Shown here in pieces: positions 63,199 to 64,000 of a stretch of DNA of 64,000 nt. A program made the translations under genes and the position numbers. The notes below the pieces were generated by a model. The model searched no databases. It had not been told where the DNA came from and saw only the letters and a program-made list of their open reading frames with translations. How positions within the stretch are numbered: the first letter of the stretch is position 1; each line of letters begins with the position of its first letter. The stretch comes from Callorhinchus milii (taxonomy: Eukaryota), in NCBI RefSeq assembly GCF_018977255.1, contig NW_024704746.1:46128001-46192000 (forward strand), given 5' to 3'.

Positions 63199-63341
63199 CT
63201 ATTGCTTCTGTAAAATCTCTGTAGGTTGGAAGAGAGATCACAGTGTCGGAAATTGTATTGACTGGATCCAGAATGCAGACGGCATCATTTGGACGACAAA
63301 ACTTTATGCATCGAAAAGTCTCTGTCCCATCAGCAGTTGCT
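63199..63341 (-). CDS. FBLN1: Fibulin-1 isoform D, first D-specific exon ([47 protein letters not shown])
   Basis: Acceptor ttactttgcag, donor gtgaga; 143 nt; resembles human FBLN1-D [34 protein letters not shown]. Confidence 0.95.
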
Positions 63342-64000
63342 CTGCAAAGTAAGCAACAGCAAACAACAGTTAATGAAGAAGGAAGCAACTGACTGGAATT
63401 CACACTAGATTAGCTCTGTGTCATTTGTGGATTGTATTGAAGAGATAAGACATCCAACGTAATTTAGGTTTGAAGAAACCTGGATGATGTAGTTGTAGTG
63501 GATCTGGTTCGCATGTGGGGTCCATGTCAGCTGGCGAGCTGAAAATCTCCTCTCTCTGTTGACTCCAAGGATCTTACATGAAATTAATTTGTGCAAAATT
63601 CTTAATTTAGATTCAAGTGAGCACACAAACAGTAATTGGTACTTCAATGGCGATCTGATACATAACGCCACAATTAGAGCCAGGGCAGGAAACAAGAACA
63701 AAATCACACTGTGTGAGGATGACAAAAATAGATTTGAAGTTTGGCCAGGATTGAGTTTGGCCAGCCTCCACCCCTAGTTCTCAATAGGTAGAGGCTGCTG
63801 CCCAAAGTGAACCATAATTAAATACTGATGGGCAATCTCACTCAGAAAGACAACAATAATGGTTTATGTGGGAAATGTCACACTGTTGCAGCAATGAATG
63901 CTGATCAGATGTTGGGCTTTACTACACAGTTTGGTGATTTGTGAGACCAGCATCTAACCCATTCTGATCCTAAGCTTTAGGTGCTTGACAGTGACCCTGA

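Overview
Eukaryotic (vertebrate) genomic DNA. The repeat landscape (abundant tRNA-derived Deu-type SINEs, L2, CR1, a Penelope fragment) suggests a cartilaginous fish, possibly a chimaera such as elephant shark; this is an inference. Two spliced genes lie on the minus strand in the same order as at human 22q13. The first is the last three exons of fibulin-1 isoform D (FBLN1; 63341 to the stop at 56320, poly(A) signal near 55056). The second is coding exons 1-9 of ataxin-10 (ATXN10; ATG at 41427, exon 9 ending at 3707); exons 10-12 were not found and presumably lie left of the window. All exon boundaries and phases were read from the sequence and join in frame; intron 2 appears to use a GC donor. 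The most notable element is a boundary-complete but decayed 3.56-kb hAT DNA transposon in ATXN10 intron 1 (36917-40473), with 22-bp TIRs and a perfect 8-bp TSD (GGTATAAG). Its transposase N-terminus closely resembles CGGBP1. Other oddities: G-rich minisatellites of opposite strand polarity on each side of the ATXN10 CpG promoter, an internally inverted Penelope GIY-YIG fragment joined to an L2 tail, an unclassified ~600-bp repeat family, nested retroposon insertions with TSDs, and a candidate PBX/MEIS enhancer. Most ORFs in the supplied track are spurious or repeat-derived. Homology calls are by recognition from memory, not database searches; repeat boundaries are approximate unless a TSD is quoted.
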